From: Gammaproteobacteria bacterium Ga0077554
GTDB lineage: Bacteria; Pseudomonadota; Gammaproteobacteria; Ga0077554; Ga007554
DNA length: 64,000 nt
Direction: 5' to 3'
NCBI GenBank assembly: GCA_001464585.1
Contig: LNFF01000040.1
Coordinates: forward strand, 7,267-71,266
Shown: positions 48,415 to 57,620 of the stretch, one piece after another
How the letters are laid out: the number at the start of each line of letters is the position of its first letter
Numbering within the stretch: position 1 is the first letter of the stretch
The notes under the pieces: generated by a model
Seen by the model: the letters and a program-made list of their open reading frames with translations, nothing else
Told to the model about the DNA's origin: nothing
Databases searched by the model: none
Program-made: the position numbers and the translations under genes

Positions 48415-49098
48415 CTATTGCGCCGTAATCTTCAACAACTCGACTTCGAAGATCAACGTGGCGTTAGGGCCGATGGCGCCTCCTGCGCCGCGTTCGCCGT
48501 AGGCGAGTTCTGACGGGACAACGATCTGCCACTTCGCGCCTTCTTTCATGGCTTGCAGCGCTTCCTGCCAGCCCTTAATTACCCCATTCACCGGGAAGCT
48601 GGCGGATTGCCCGCGGCTGTATGAGCTGTCGAACTCCGTGCCATCAATCAACGTGCCACGATAATTCACCTCAACCGTATCACTCGCTTTAGGCGACGCG
48701 CCGGTACCCGGCTTGATGATTTTATATTGCACGCCACTGGGCAAGGTTTTTACTCCGGCCTTGTCCTTGTTAGCGGCAAGAAATTTCTGCCCCGCAGCCT
48801 GGTTGGTCTCGGCAAGTTTAGCGATCTCGACCTCGCGTTGCTTTTGAACACGGGTCAATGTCGCTTGAATAACTTCTGGACTGAGTTGCAACTTGGTACC
48901 GGCCACAGTGTCTTTGATAGCCGCCATGAACGCTGCCTCGTCCAGATCAATATTGTCGCCCTTGATTTGCTGGCCGACCTGCATGCCGACGATATAGCTG
49001 AAGCGTTTTTTGTCGGTATCAAGATCAAGCGCCAGCGCCTGAACTGTCCAGAGGCTTGCAAAGGAAACAACGGAGGCCATCACTAAATATTTTTTCAT
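48415..49098 (-). CDS. fkpA: periplasmic FKBP-type peptidyl-prolyl isomerase (FkpA-like)
   Basis: Signal peptide, N-terminal dimerisation helix, C-terminal FKBP domain ('VEVNYRGTLIDGTEFDSS...GVIKGWQEAL...GGAIGPNATLIFEVELL'). Confidence 0.85.
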   Translation of the reverse strand: MKKYLVMASVVSFASLWTVQALALDLDTDKKRFSYIVGMQVGQQIKGDNIDLDEAAFMAAIKDTVAGTKLQLSPEVIQATLTRVQKQREVEIAKLAETNQAAGQKFLAANKDKAGVKTLPSGVQYKIIKPGTGASPKASDTVEVNYRGTLIDGTEFDSSYSRGQSASFPVNGVIKGWQEALQAMKEGAKWQIVVPSELAYGERGAGGAIGPNATLIFEVELLKITAQ

Positions 49099-49142
49099 CA
49101 GTTAAGTTCCTTGGTTAAAAACATTGTAAATACATAAATCTC

Positions 49143-49610
49143 TCACTTCTGCGGCCGGAAAAAATTCAGGCGTGCGCGCAATTGACGGAGCGTAGTGGCG
49201 TCGGCGCTGTCTTTAGCGAGCACAATGGAACGGCGCCGGGCGCCGCGCTGAGGCGGCGCTTCGAGTTCAAAGTTGAGAATAACCAGTAAGGGGTGTACGT
49301 AGCTGCCGGGCAATAAGCGCACCGCCAGTTGTTCGCCGCTGGCGGCGTGCAGCGACCAGTCGTTGTCGCTGTCCCAGACCACGCGGCGAATGGTGAGCGG
49401 GCCGCGTAACATGGCGTGGGTTTTGAGGGTGTAGACCAGGCTGCCGGTAATTAATCCCACCAAGGGCGCGAGCGCCCATATCGGCAGGGCGAGCGGTACT
49501 AATACGGCGAGCGCACCGCCATGGGCAAACAGGATTAAACTGGCTAACCACCGCGACGGGCGCAGTTCAACTTTCAAGGGGGGCGCGGATTTTGGTGACG
49601 ACATTGGCAA
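49143..49610 (-). CDS. YgfX/CptA-like inner-membrane protein (SdhE-associated)
   Basis: 2-TM N-terminus plus an Arg-rich C-terminus. It overlaps the 3' end of sdhE, as ygfX does in Enterobacteriaceae. Confidence 0.55.
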   Translation of the reverse strand: MPMSSPKSAPPLKVELRPSRWLASLILFAHGGALAVLVPLALPIWALAPLVGLITGSLVYTLKTHAMLRGPLTIRRVVWDSDNDWSLHAASGEQLAVRLLPGSYVHPLLVILNFELEAPPQRGARRRSIVLAKDSADATTLRQLRARLNFFRPQK

Positions 49611-49809
49611 TACTCTGGTCTGTGGGGATCATGCGTCCGAGCATGTATTCTAGCAAAACTGCGTCGGGATAATCCAATAACTCGACGAAGGCGTGCTGCT
49701 CTGCAACGGCAAGCGCATCAAATTTTGTGTCGAGAAAGCCTTGGAGCAGGATATCCAGCTCCAGCATGCCGCGTCGGCATTGCCAGTAGAGACGGGGGCG
49801 GTTTAGCAT
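49567..49809 (-). CDS. sdhE: FAD assembly factor SdhE (YgfY/CptB)
   Basis: 80 aa starting 'MLNRPRLYWQCRRGMLELD'. Contains the conserved RGxxE motif. The longer track ORF reads into a MITE. Confidence 0.8.
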   Translation of the reverse strand: MLNRPRLYWQCRRGMLELDILLQGFLDTKFDALAVAEQHAFVELLDYPDAVLLEYMLGRMIPTDQSIANVVTKIRAPLES

Positions 49810-49844
49810 GGATGTTACCTTAAGGAACCTGTGATTTATTAGCC

Positions 49845-50000
49845 TGTCATTTCGACCGCAGGCGACCGCCATGGATGGCGGAAGGTAGAGCAACGCAGGA
49901 GCAGTTGCCGGGAGAAATCCTTGTCTCGAACGTAAAGAATAACTGTCATCCCGAACGTAGTGAGGGATCTTCAGGATTTCTCCCTTCGGTCGAAATGACA
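49845..50000. repeat. composite MITE-like element (family A plus 'gtcatcccgaacgtagtgagggatcttcagg' module) between sdhB and sdhE
   Basis: Matches the 25775 and 12898 copies. Confidence 0.85.
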
Positions 50001-50015
50001 CATGTTAAAGTTTCG

Positions 50016-50717
50016 TTAAATCAAATGCTTGAGCATTATTTTCTTGATCTGTCCAATAGCTTTGGTGGGGTTTAATCCTTTGGGGCAGACATCGACGCAG
50101 TTCATGACGGTGTGGCAGCGGAACAGGCGATACGGGCCTTCCAGCGCGTCGAGGCGCTCGGCTGTGGCTTGATCACGGCTATCGGCGATAAAGCGATAGG
50201 CTTGCAATAACGCCGCCGGGCCGCGAAATTTATCGGGGTTCCACCAGAATGACGGACACGCGGTGGAGCAGCAGCCGCACAGGATACATTCGTACAGGCC
50301 GTCCAGTTTGTCGCGTTCCTGCGGGGTTTGCAGGTATTCCATTTCCGGCTCGGGGTCATGCACTACCAGGTAGGGTTTGATGGAACGGTATTGATGATAA
50401 AACTGGCTAAGATCCACCACCAGATCGCGGATCACCGGCATGCCGGGCAGCGGGCGAATTGTAATGGGCTGCTTGAGATCAACCAACGGCGTGGTGCATG
50501 CCAGTCCATTGCGGCCATTAATATTCATGGCATCGGAGCCACACACACCCTCGCCACAGGAGTGGCGAAACGTCAGACTTTCATCCTGCGCTTTAAGCAG
50601 GCGCAACGCTTCCAGCAACATCATGTCGGGCGTTACATCAGCGCCTGCCAGCTCCATGGTTTGCATGGTGGGCGCGGCGTCCGTTTCTGGATTATAGCGG
50701 TAAATGGAAAAACGCAT
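50016..50717 (-). CDS. sdhB: succinate dehydrogenase iron-sulfur subunit
   Basis: Cys clusters for the 2Fe-2S, 4Fe-4S and 3Fe-4S centres ('CGSC', 'CILCGCCSTACP', 'CHTVMNCVDVCPKGLNP'). Confidence 0.9.
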   Translation of the reverse strand: MRFSIYRYNPETDAAPTMQTMELAGADVTPDMMLLEALRLLKAQDESLTFRHSCGEGVCGSDAMNINGRNGLACTTPLVDLKQPITIRPLPGMPVIRDLVVDLSQFYHQYRSIKPYLVVHDPEPEMEYLQTPQERDKLDGLYECILCGCCSTACPSFWWNPDKFRGPAALLQAYRFIADSRDQATAERLDALEGPYRLFRCHTVMNCVDVCPKGLNPTKAIGQIKKIMLKHLI

Positions 50718-50718
50718 A

Positions 50719-52470
50719 TCAATATACCCTGGGCTTGGGAGAGAATCCTTCTACGGTTAGCGGCTTCATGCGCACGGGTTTGTAGTCCAGTGCGCCGCCT
50801 TTAAAAAATAAGCTGTGCTTCAGCCATTTCACGTCGTCACGCTGCGGATAATCAATGCGCATGTGCGCACCACGACTCTCTTTGCGCGCCAGCGCAGAGG
50901 CCACGGTGGCCAGCGCAAGATCCACCAGATTTTCCAGTTCAAATGCTTCGATACGCGCGGTGTTGAATATTTTGCTATGATCCTTAAGATAAACATTCTG
51001 CAAACGCTGCTCTATTTGCAGCACTTTTTCCAACCCCACGCGCAACACATCTTCGGTGCGAAACACACCGCAATAGTGATCCATGACGGCTTTTAATTCG
51101 TTGCGTAAACCATCCACCGTTTCGCCTTCACCGCGCCGCTCCCAACGCGCAAGATGCGTCAATGCGGCGTCGATGCTGTGTTGTGAAGCGATACGGCTAT
51201 AGCGGTTTTCCTTGAGGTAGTCGATGATGTGATTACCCGCCGCACGGCCAAACACTACGATATCGAGCAATGAATTACCGCCCAGACGATTCGCGCCATG
51301 CACTGACACGCACGCGCATTCGCCCACGGCATACAAACCCGGCACCGGCTCTTCCGCGCCTTGCTGCTGAGGCACGACCACTTGCCCAAAACGATTGGTG
51401 GGTATGCCGCCCATGGTGTAATGCGCGGTGGGAAAGATCGGGATCGGCGCATCAATCGGGTCGATGTGCAGAAACGTCATCACCATATCGCGTATGCCGG
51501 GCAGACGTTTGCGTATCACGTCTGCACCCAGATGATCGACCTTCAGCAGAATGTGATCTTTGTTGGCACCGCAGCCGCGCCCTTCGTGAATTTCAGTGGC
51601 GACCGCGCGGCTCACTACGTCACGGCTGGCTAAATCTTTGGCGTTGGGCGCGTAGCGTTCCATGAAGCGTTCGCCATTACCATTGATAAGATAACCGCCT
51701 TCGCCGCGCACCGCTTCGGAAATCAACATGCCTTTGCCTGCGATACCCGTCGGGTGGAACTGGAAAAATTCCATGTCTTGCAGCGGAATGCCCGCCCGTA
51801 GCGCCATCGCCATGCCGTCACCGGTATTGATGCGCGCATTGGTGTTGGTGCGGAATAATTGCCCGGCACCACCGGTGGCGATGAGGGTGGTCTTGGCCTG
51901 AATTATCAGCGGTTCGCCGGTTTCAATTTCCAGCACCAGTGCACCGAGGATGTAGCCTTCATCATCCTTGATCAGGTCTATCGCAAAATATTCATCAAAA
52001 AAATGGGTTTTGGCGCGGATGTTTTGTTGATACAGCGCGTGCAGAATGGCGTGGCCCGTGCGATCTGCCGCCGCGCAGGTGCGCGCCGCTTGCGCGCCAC
52101 CGAAATTCTGGCTTTGCCCGCCAAACGGGCGCTGATAAATTTTGCCGTTATCCAGGCGTGAAAACGGCACGCCGATATGTTCCAGTTCAACCACCAGGCG
52201 CGGCGCAGCATGGCACATGTATTCAATGGCATCTTGATCACCGAGAAAATCTCCGCCTTTCACGGTGTCGTACATGTGCCAATGCCAGTTGTCAGGCAAT
52301 ACGTTGGCGAGCGCGGCATTCATGCCGCCTTGTGCGGCCACGGTGTGCGAACGGGTCGGAAATACTTTTGATACCACGGCGACATTGGCATCGGCTTGCG
52401 CCAGTTGCAACGCAGCGCGCAAACCACCGCCACCGGCACCGATGACAAGCGTGTCAAATTTACGCATCGG
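50719..52470 (-). CDS. sdhA: succinate dehydrogenase flavoprotein subunit (start at 'MTIPMRKFDTLVIGAGGGG'; the track ORF is extended upstream by a repeat element)
   Basis: FAD-binding 'VIGAGGAG'-type motif and the covalent-FAD His region ('RSHTVAAQGG'). Confidence 0.9.
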   Translation of the reverse strand, partial: PMRKFDTLVIGAGGGGLRAALQLAQADANVAVVSKVFPTRSHTVAAQGGMNAALANVLPDNWHWHMYDTVKGGDFLGDQDAIEYMCHAAPRLVVELEHIGVPFSRLDNGKIYQRPFGGQSQNFGGAQAARTCAAADRTGHAILHALYQQNIRAKTHFFDEYFAIDLIKDDEGYILGALVLEIETGEPLIIQAKTTLIATGGAGQLFRTNTNARINTGDGMAMALRAGIPLQDMEFFQFHPTGIAGKGMLISEAVRGEGGYLINGNGERFMERYAPNAKDLASRDVVSRAVATEIHEGRGCGANKDHILLKVDHLGADVIRKRLPGIRDMVMTFLHIDPIDAPIPIFPTAHYTMGGIPTNRFGQVVVPQQQGAEEPVPGLYAVGECACVSVHGANRLGGNSLLDIVVFGRAAGNHIIDYLKENRYSRIASQHSIDAALTHLARWERRGEGETVDGLRNELKAVMDHYCGVFRTEDVLRVGLEKVLQIEQRLQNVYLKDHSKIFNTARIEAFELENLVDLALATVASALARKESRGAHMRIDYPQRDDVKWLKHSLFFKGGALDYKPVRMKPLTVEGFSPKPRVY

Positions 52471-52484
52471 GATTGTCATATTGT

Positions 52485-52892
52485 TTACGCCGTGCATGGA
52501 TGCACAAGTGTTGCGAGAGGCAGGATGCCGGAAGCGACCGTTACGATAGATAGCGGGGTCGGTATCAGCATGAGAACACGCAATACCCACAACCCCATGG
52601 CAAACAGCCCCAGTGCAACAGACGTCAGCAATATAAAACGGATCACTGGTGGGCGCGCATAATCCATAATCACATCGCGCAACCCCACCCAGGCGTGCAT
52701 CAGCAGCGCGGCAAAAAATACGCTGGTGGCGACGGCGATAAACGGCAAGCCCATCCACTCCCGCCATGCCGGGTACGACGTCGGCGCATCCAGCAGCAGA
52801 TACAGGCCGAACATTACAATATAAACGGCCAAATATACCGCGCTGACACGTTGCATCAACCAGGCGCGCGAACCGTGGGCGCGCCAGCTCAT
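52485..52892 (-). CDS. sdhD: succinate dehydrogenase membrane anchor subunit SdhD, with a repeat-encoded C-terminal tail
   Basis: 3 TM helices homologous to E. coli SdhD. The last ~20 codons lie within the family-C palindromic element. Confidence 0.75.
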   Translation of the reverse strand: MSWRAHGSRAWLMQRVSAVYLAVYIVMFGLYLLLDAPTSYPAWREWMGLPFIAVATSVFFAALLMHAWVGLRDVIMDYARPPVIRFILLTSVALGLFAMGLWVLRVLMLIPTPLSIVTVASGILPLATLVHPCTA

Positions 52893-53278
52893 AGCAGCAC
52901 CAGCAAGGCGATGATAGGCACGATCAATCCACCCACGTTAATGATCCATGCGCTGCGCCGCGCGCTGTCACGCCCAACGCCGATGTCGGCATCAATCAGC
53001 AGAAAACGGATACCCGCCAGCATGTGATGCGCCAGCCCCCACACCATCAGCACCGCCATAAACTTGACGAAAGGATGCCGCAAAATCTCCAGCGCCTGCG
53101 CATAACCCTGCTCATTGCGCAAAGATAAATCAAGCAGATAAATTAAAAATGGGATCAGCACGCACATCATCACGCCACTGACACGGTGCGCGAACGACAG
53201 CACCGCCACCACCGGCATGCGGATTTGCAGCAGATTCATAAAGATAGGACGATTTTTTTTATTCATTGAGCTATTCAT
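52889..53278 (-). CDS. sdhC: succinate dehydrogenase cytochrome b556 subunit SdhC (start at 'MNSSMNKKNRP')
   Basis: Alignable to E. coli SdhC ('RPVNL...HRVSGV'). 4-nt overlap with sdhD. Confidence 0.8.
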   Translation of the reverse strand: MNSSMNKKNRPIFMNLLQIRMPVVAVLSFAHRVSGVMMCVLIPFLIYLLDLSLRNEQGYAQALEILRHPFVKFMAVLMVWGLAHHMLAGIRFLLIDADIGVGRDSARRSAWIINVGGLIVPIIALLVLL

Positions 53279-53396
53279 CGACGCCTGATTTATCTGGCTT
53301 TTAATGGAGCCAGCCCGTAGTCCTGCTAATGTTATAATGAACAACCGTGCCAACACTAACATTTCCCGTGCAACACTAACAGGTTATACCACGACC

Positions 53397-54500
53397 ATGA
53401 ACGCTGACTGGAACACTTTTTTGCAACAGGCGGGCGCTGCCATTATAGATGGGGTCGTGGCAGGCCGCGTTCGTGACTTTGGCCAGCCCGTCGACGAGCT
53501 ACAGGCGCCGAATAACGGCAATATCCTCGCTGACGTATCACACATGGGTTTGATTGCAGTGCAGGGCGCAGATGCTGCAACCTTCCTGCAAGGCCAGCTT
53601 ACCAATGACATCCGCGAAGTATCTGCAACACACAGCCAGATCAGCGCCTATTGCAGCCCCAAGGGGCGCATGTTGGCCTGCATGCGCATCTTTATGCGTG
53701 ATGACACGTATTACCTGGGCCTGCCGCGCGATATCCTCGATGCCACCTTGCAGCGTTTGCGCATGTTTGTGCTGCGCGCCAAGGTCACGCTCAGCGATGC
53801 CAGCGATACCCTGGTGTATATCGGGTATGCCGGTGAGCGCGCTGCGGCGACACTGGAGGTGGCTCTGGGCGCCATCCCCGCAAACGTCAACGATGTCACC
53901 CAGGGCAACGGACTGACAGTGCTGCGCCTGCCTGGCTCAGTGCCGCGCTTTGGCATCATCGGCGAAGTTGCAGCAATACAAACCCTGTGGAACACGCTAC
54001 GTGTCAGCGCCCAACCAGTAGGCGCGAACGTGTGGGATTTGCTCGATATCCGCGCCGGCATCCCCACCGTCTACGCCGCCACCCGCGATGCGTTTGTGCC
54101 ACAAATGGCGAATCTCGATACGATCGGCGGCATCAGTTTCAAAAAGGGCTGTTACACCGGCCAGGAAATTGTAGCGCGCATGCATTACCTGGGCACGCTC
54201 AAACGCCGCATGTTCCTGGCGAAAGTTATAGCGGACGTGGCGCCCCAGCCTGGCGATGCGTTATATGCCTCGGGCACAGACGACGCACAGGGATGTGTTA
54301 GTGTCGCAGGAGGCAGGATGCCGGGAGCGGCCAACGTGCAAAGCATCGGCACTGTCGTCACAGCACAGCGCGTGTCACGCGGGGAATATGCAGCATTGGC
54401 GGTAGTGGATATTAAAAGCGCAGCAACGGGTCAGATCCACCTGTACACAGTGACGGGCACCGCGCTCACTTTTATTCCCCTGCCTTATACGCCTGAATAA
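53397..54500 (+). CDS. ygfZ: folate-binding Fe-S cluster repair/tRNA-modification protein YgfZ
   Basis: 'KGCYTGQEIVARMHYLG' signature. Divergent from sdhC/sdhE-ygfX as in enterobacteria. Confidence 0.8.
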   Translation: MNADWNTFLQQAGAAIIDGVVAGRVRDFGQPVDELQAPNNGNILADVSHMGLIAVQGADAATFLQGQLTNDIREVSATHSQISAYCSPKGRMLACMRIFMRDDTYYLGLPRDILDATLQRLRMFVLRAKVTLSDASDTLVYIGYAGERAAATLEVALGAIPANVNDVTQGNGLTVLRLPGSVPRFGIIGEVAAIQTLWNTLRVSAQPVGANVWDLLDIRAGIPTVYAATRDAFVPQMANLDTIGGISFKKGCYTGQEIVARMHYLGTLKRRMFLAKVIADVAPQPGDALYASGTDDAQGCVSVAGGRMPGAANVQSIGTVVTAQRVSRGEYAALAVVDIKSAATGQIHLYTVTGTALTFIPLPYTPE

Positions 54501-54502
54501 CT

Positions 54503-54588
54503 CGCCATTCCCGCGCAGGCGGGAATCCAGAAACTATATAGTGTCACCTGCGTCCGAACGCTGGATTCCCGCCTGCGCGGGAATGACA
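54503..54588. repeat. REP-like inverted pair ('attcccgcgcaggcgggaatcc' ... 'ggattcccgcctgcgcgggaatgaca'), family D
   Basis: Two GC-rich palindromes in inverted orientation about 35 nt apart, immediately 3' of ygfZ. Confidence 0.75.
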
Positions 54589-54675
54589 GAAACTTGAATT
54601 TTTAGAGGTACTCTCAAGTATTCCTGAATCCTGCCGAAAACCATACACGGACATTATCACCGCCAAGAGCCACGC

Positions 54676-55542
54676 ATGGTAATCAGCAACACTAGAAAAC
54701 AGGATCCCGAAGGCAAGTTCATTGCCATGTTGCTGGATGGCATCCGCAACAAACGCATTACCTTGCCCACCCTGCCCGAAGTCGCCATTAAAGTGCGCAA
54801 TGCCGCCGCGTCACCCAACACCACCTCGGCGCAGCTTGCACAACTTATCGCCCTTGATCCTGCCTTGTCTGCGCGTTTACTGCAAGTTGCCAACAGTCCT
54901 CTGTACCGTGGCAACAGCAAACTTTCCAATATCCAAACCGCAGTTGCGCGGCTGGGGCACACTTTGGTGCGCAATATTATTGCGAGCGTGGTAGTGACCC
55001 AACTATTCCAGACCCGTACATCCCCATTACTGAAAAGCCACTTAAAGGCCACGTGGGAGCACACCATTAAAACCGCAGCCATCAGCCACGTACTGGCGCA
55101 AAAATTTACCCGCCTGGCGCCTGAACAAGCCATGCTGGCGGGCCTGATACATGACATTGGCAAGTTACCCATCCTCAGCCAGCTGGAACATTTCCCTGAA
55201 TTACTGGAAGACAGCGAAACCGTCGACCGGCTGCTGCAGTTGCTCCATCCGCAAATCGGCAAGGTGATTCTTGAAGTCTGGCAATTCCCACCCGAGATGA
55301 TCACGGTGGCCGCAGAGCACGAAAATCTGCAACGTAACTCCGGCCCTGAGGTGGATTACACCGACATCGTAGTGATAGCAAACATGCACGGGCACCTGGG
55401 CGAAGCGGGGTATGTGGGGTTTGCAGAGTGGCCAACGGTTCCCGCTTACGCCAAACTGGGGTTCAATCCCAAACAATACCTGGCCGCCTTGAGTGACGCT
55501 CAACAGGAAATGCTGGAAATTCAGAAGCTACTGACGGCATAA
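54676..55542 (+). CDS. HDOD-domain signalling protein
   Basis: 288 aa with the HDOD pattern ('ITLPTLPEVAIKVRNA...LAQLIALDPALSARLLQVANSPLY...HDIGKL'). Confidence 0.7.
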   Translation: MVISNTRKQDPEGKFIAMLLDGIRNKRITLPTLPEVAIKVRNAAASPNTTSAQLAQLIALDPALSARLLQVANSPLYRGNSKLSNIQTAVARLGHTLVRNIIASVVVTQLFQTRTSPLLKSHLKATWEHTIKTAAISHVLAQKFTRLAPEQAMLAGLIHDIGKLPILSQLEHFPELLEDSETVDRLLQLLHPQIGKVILEVWQFPPEMITVAAEHENLQRNSGPEVDYTDIVVIANMHGHLGEAGYVGFAEWPTVPAYAKLGFNPKQYLAALSDAQQEMLEIQKLLTA

Positions 55543-55572
55543 TAAGCGCAAGCTTCCGTCGGACACCTGATC

Positions 55573-56016
55573 ATGCAATTCAACCTGGAGCGCGACCCGC
55601 GCACCCATACCATTATTTCCTATGCGCCGGGGCAAGTGGTCGTGACCATTCCCTGGACGGCCGAAGACAACACCCCGCTGCTGCTGGACAACGACGGCGA
55701 ATTGCGTGGCCGCATCCGCCATGAAACACTCAACCGCAGCGTCATCATTATGCCAGAACAGATTGTGAAAGACTGGCCGCCGCAAGCGCGTGGTGATCTC
55801 ACCACTGAACATTTTGACACCGTGATCGCCATGCAACCCGAAGTCGTGCTGTTCGGCACCGGCCCACACCTGTGGTGGCCGTCATCGGCAATACTCTCGG
55901 CATTCGCCAGACAACGCATCGGCTTTGAAGTCATGGACACCGCCGCCGCCTGCCGCACCTATAACATCCTGGTGTATGAAGGGCGAAATGTGGCCACCGC
56001 GTTATTGATGATTTAA
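55573..56016 (+). CDS. Mth938-like (DUF498) domain protein
   Basis: 147 aa. 'VVLFGTGPHLWWP' region typical of the Mth938/NDUFAF3-like fold. Confidence 0.55.
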   Translation: MQFNLERDPRTHTIISYAPGQVVVTIPWTAEDNTPLLLDNDGELRGRIRHETLNRSVIIMPEQIVKDWPPQARGDLTTEHFDTVIAMQPEVVLFGTGPHLWWPSSAILSAFARQRIGFEVMDTAAACRTYNILVYEGRNVATALLMI

Positions 56017-56032
56017 TAAAACCGGACAAGAG

Positions 56033-57433
56033 ATGACAACCAATACTAACTATCGCAGCGAAAAAGACAGCCTCGGCTCACTCAATGTACCCGCCGACGC
56101 CTGGTATGGCATTCAGACCGCGCGTGCCGTGATTAACTTTCCGATCAGTGGGCGTGGCCCGGATCGTGATTTTGTCATGGCGCACGTACGTGTCAAACGC
56201 GCCGCCGCCACCGCTAACCACAAAGTCGGCTGGCTGGATGACACGCAAACCACCGCCATCATCAATGCCTGCGACACGATCTTGCAAGGACACCATCTCG
56301 ATCAATTCGTAGTGGATCGCTTTCAGGCAGGTGCAGGCACCAGCCATAACATGAACAGCAACGAAGTCATCGCCAACCTTGCCAACGTAGCGCTGGGCGG
56401 CGCGCGTGGCGCGTATAAACCCATCAACCCCAATGACCACGTCAACATGGGGCAGAGCACCAACGACACCATTCCCACCGCGATACGCCTCACCGCGCTC
56501 GCCAAACTGCCGCGCCTGCTGACCGCCGTGCGCAGTATGGCCGATGAATACGCGCGCATCGGCGCCGCCGAAATCGATACCGTGAAAAGTGGCCGCACTC
56601 ATCTGCAAGACGCCGTGCCCACCACGCTTGGCCGCGAATTTAACGCCTATGCGTGGACGCTGCGCCGCTGCGCCACCCATCTGCAAAACCGCCGCGACGC
56701 ACTGTGCGAGATCGGCTTGGGCGGCAGCGCTGCGGGCACCGGTCTCAACACCGCGCCTGATTATGCGCAAAACGCCGCCGCAGAACTGGCGCGACTCATT
56801 GGCGAACCGATCCGCCCTGCGACCGACCTTGCCGCGCAAATGCAATCCATGCACGACATTCAGGCGTTGTCATCAGCGATCCGCGACCTCACGCTTGAAG
56901 TTATCCGCATCGCCAACGACATGCGCCTGCTGGCCTCTGGCCCACGCACCGGCCTCGGTGAAATTTTATTACCTGCCGTGCAGCCCGGCTCCAGCATCAT
57001 GCCCGGCAAGGTTAATCCGGTGATGTTCGAAATGCTTAACCAGGTGTGTTATCAAGTGCTGGGACAAGACGCGGCGATTGCCGCCATGACACAAGCGGGG
57101 CAACTGGAATTAAACGTGATGATGCCGGGGCTTGGTTCCGCGCTGTTTGATGCCATGGACTGGCTCACCAATGCCCTTAACGCCACCACCGAATTCAACC
57201 TCAAAGGCTTGCAGGTAGACCGCGCGCGCTGCAAGGAATTTCTGCATACCAGTGTGGCGCTGGCAACCTTGCTCAACACCCGCATCGGCTACGCCGCCGC
57301 CGCTGAAATCGCCAAAGCTTCCGAAAAATCCGGGCGGCCAGTGCGTGATATTGTTGCGGAAAAAAATCTGATGACAGCGGCGGAATTTGATGCCCTGGTG
57401 TTGCGGGCGGCCAAGGAAGGGCGCGAAGGATAG
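56033..57433 (+). CDS. aspA: aspartate ammonia-lyase / class-II fumarase family lyase (closest to aspartase)
   Basis: 'GSSIMPGKVNPV' signature. The following 'FEMLNQVCYQV' is more similar to the aspartase 'PEVVNQVCFKV' than to the FumC 'CEALTMLCCQV'. Confidence 0.7.
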   Translation: MTTNTNYRSEKDSLGSLNVPADAWYGIQTARAVINFPISGRGPDRDFVMAHVRVKRAAATANHKVGWLDDTQTTAIINACDTILQGHHLDQFVVDRFQAGAGTSHNMNSNEVIANLANVALGGARGAYKPINPNDHVNMGQSTNDTIPTAIRLTALAKLPRLLTAVRSMADEYARIGAAEIDTVKSGRTHLQDAVPTTLGREFNAYAWTLRRCATHLQNRRDALCEIGLGGSAAGTGLNTAPDYAQNAAAELARLIGEPIRPATDLAAQMQSMHDIQALSSAIRDLTLEVIRIANDMRLLASGPRTGLGEILLPAVQPGSSIMPGKVNPVMFEMLNQVCYQVLGQDAAIAAMTQAGQLELNVMMPGLGSALFDAMDWLTNALNATTEFNLKGLQVDRARCKEFLHTSVALATLLNTRIGYAAAAEIAKASEKSGRPVRDIVAEKNLMTAAEFDALVLRAAKEGREG

Positions 57434-57506
57434 CGCATTGCCAGGGTAACCTGTGACAACCTGGCCTGGCAACCTGCCGGACTTTCTCCGGCAGCACCCC
57501 CCATAC

Positions 57507-57564
57507 TGTCATTTCGACCGAAGGCGACCGCCATCCATGGCGGTCGCCTTCGGTCGAAATGACA
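57507..57564. repeat. 58-bp perfect hairpin element (family A core)
   Basis: 'tgtcatttcgaccgaaggcgaccgccat|ccatggcggtcgccttcggtcgaaatgaca', 3' of the aspA-like gene. Confidence 0.85.
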
Positions 57565-57620
57565 CGGTTCGCGTAGCACGGCGTGCGCGCCAGCATTCCC
57601 TGCCGACAACACATTCCCCC

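Noticed and set aside
49810-50001. N-terminal extension of sdhE (track ORF 49567..50001) and of sdhA (50719..52767) and sdhC (to 53362)
   Set aside because: The extensions read through MITE/palindromic elements or non-conserved sequence. The conserved protein N-termini begin at internal ATGs.
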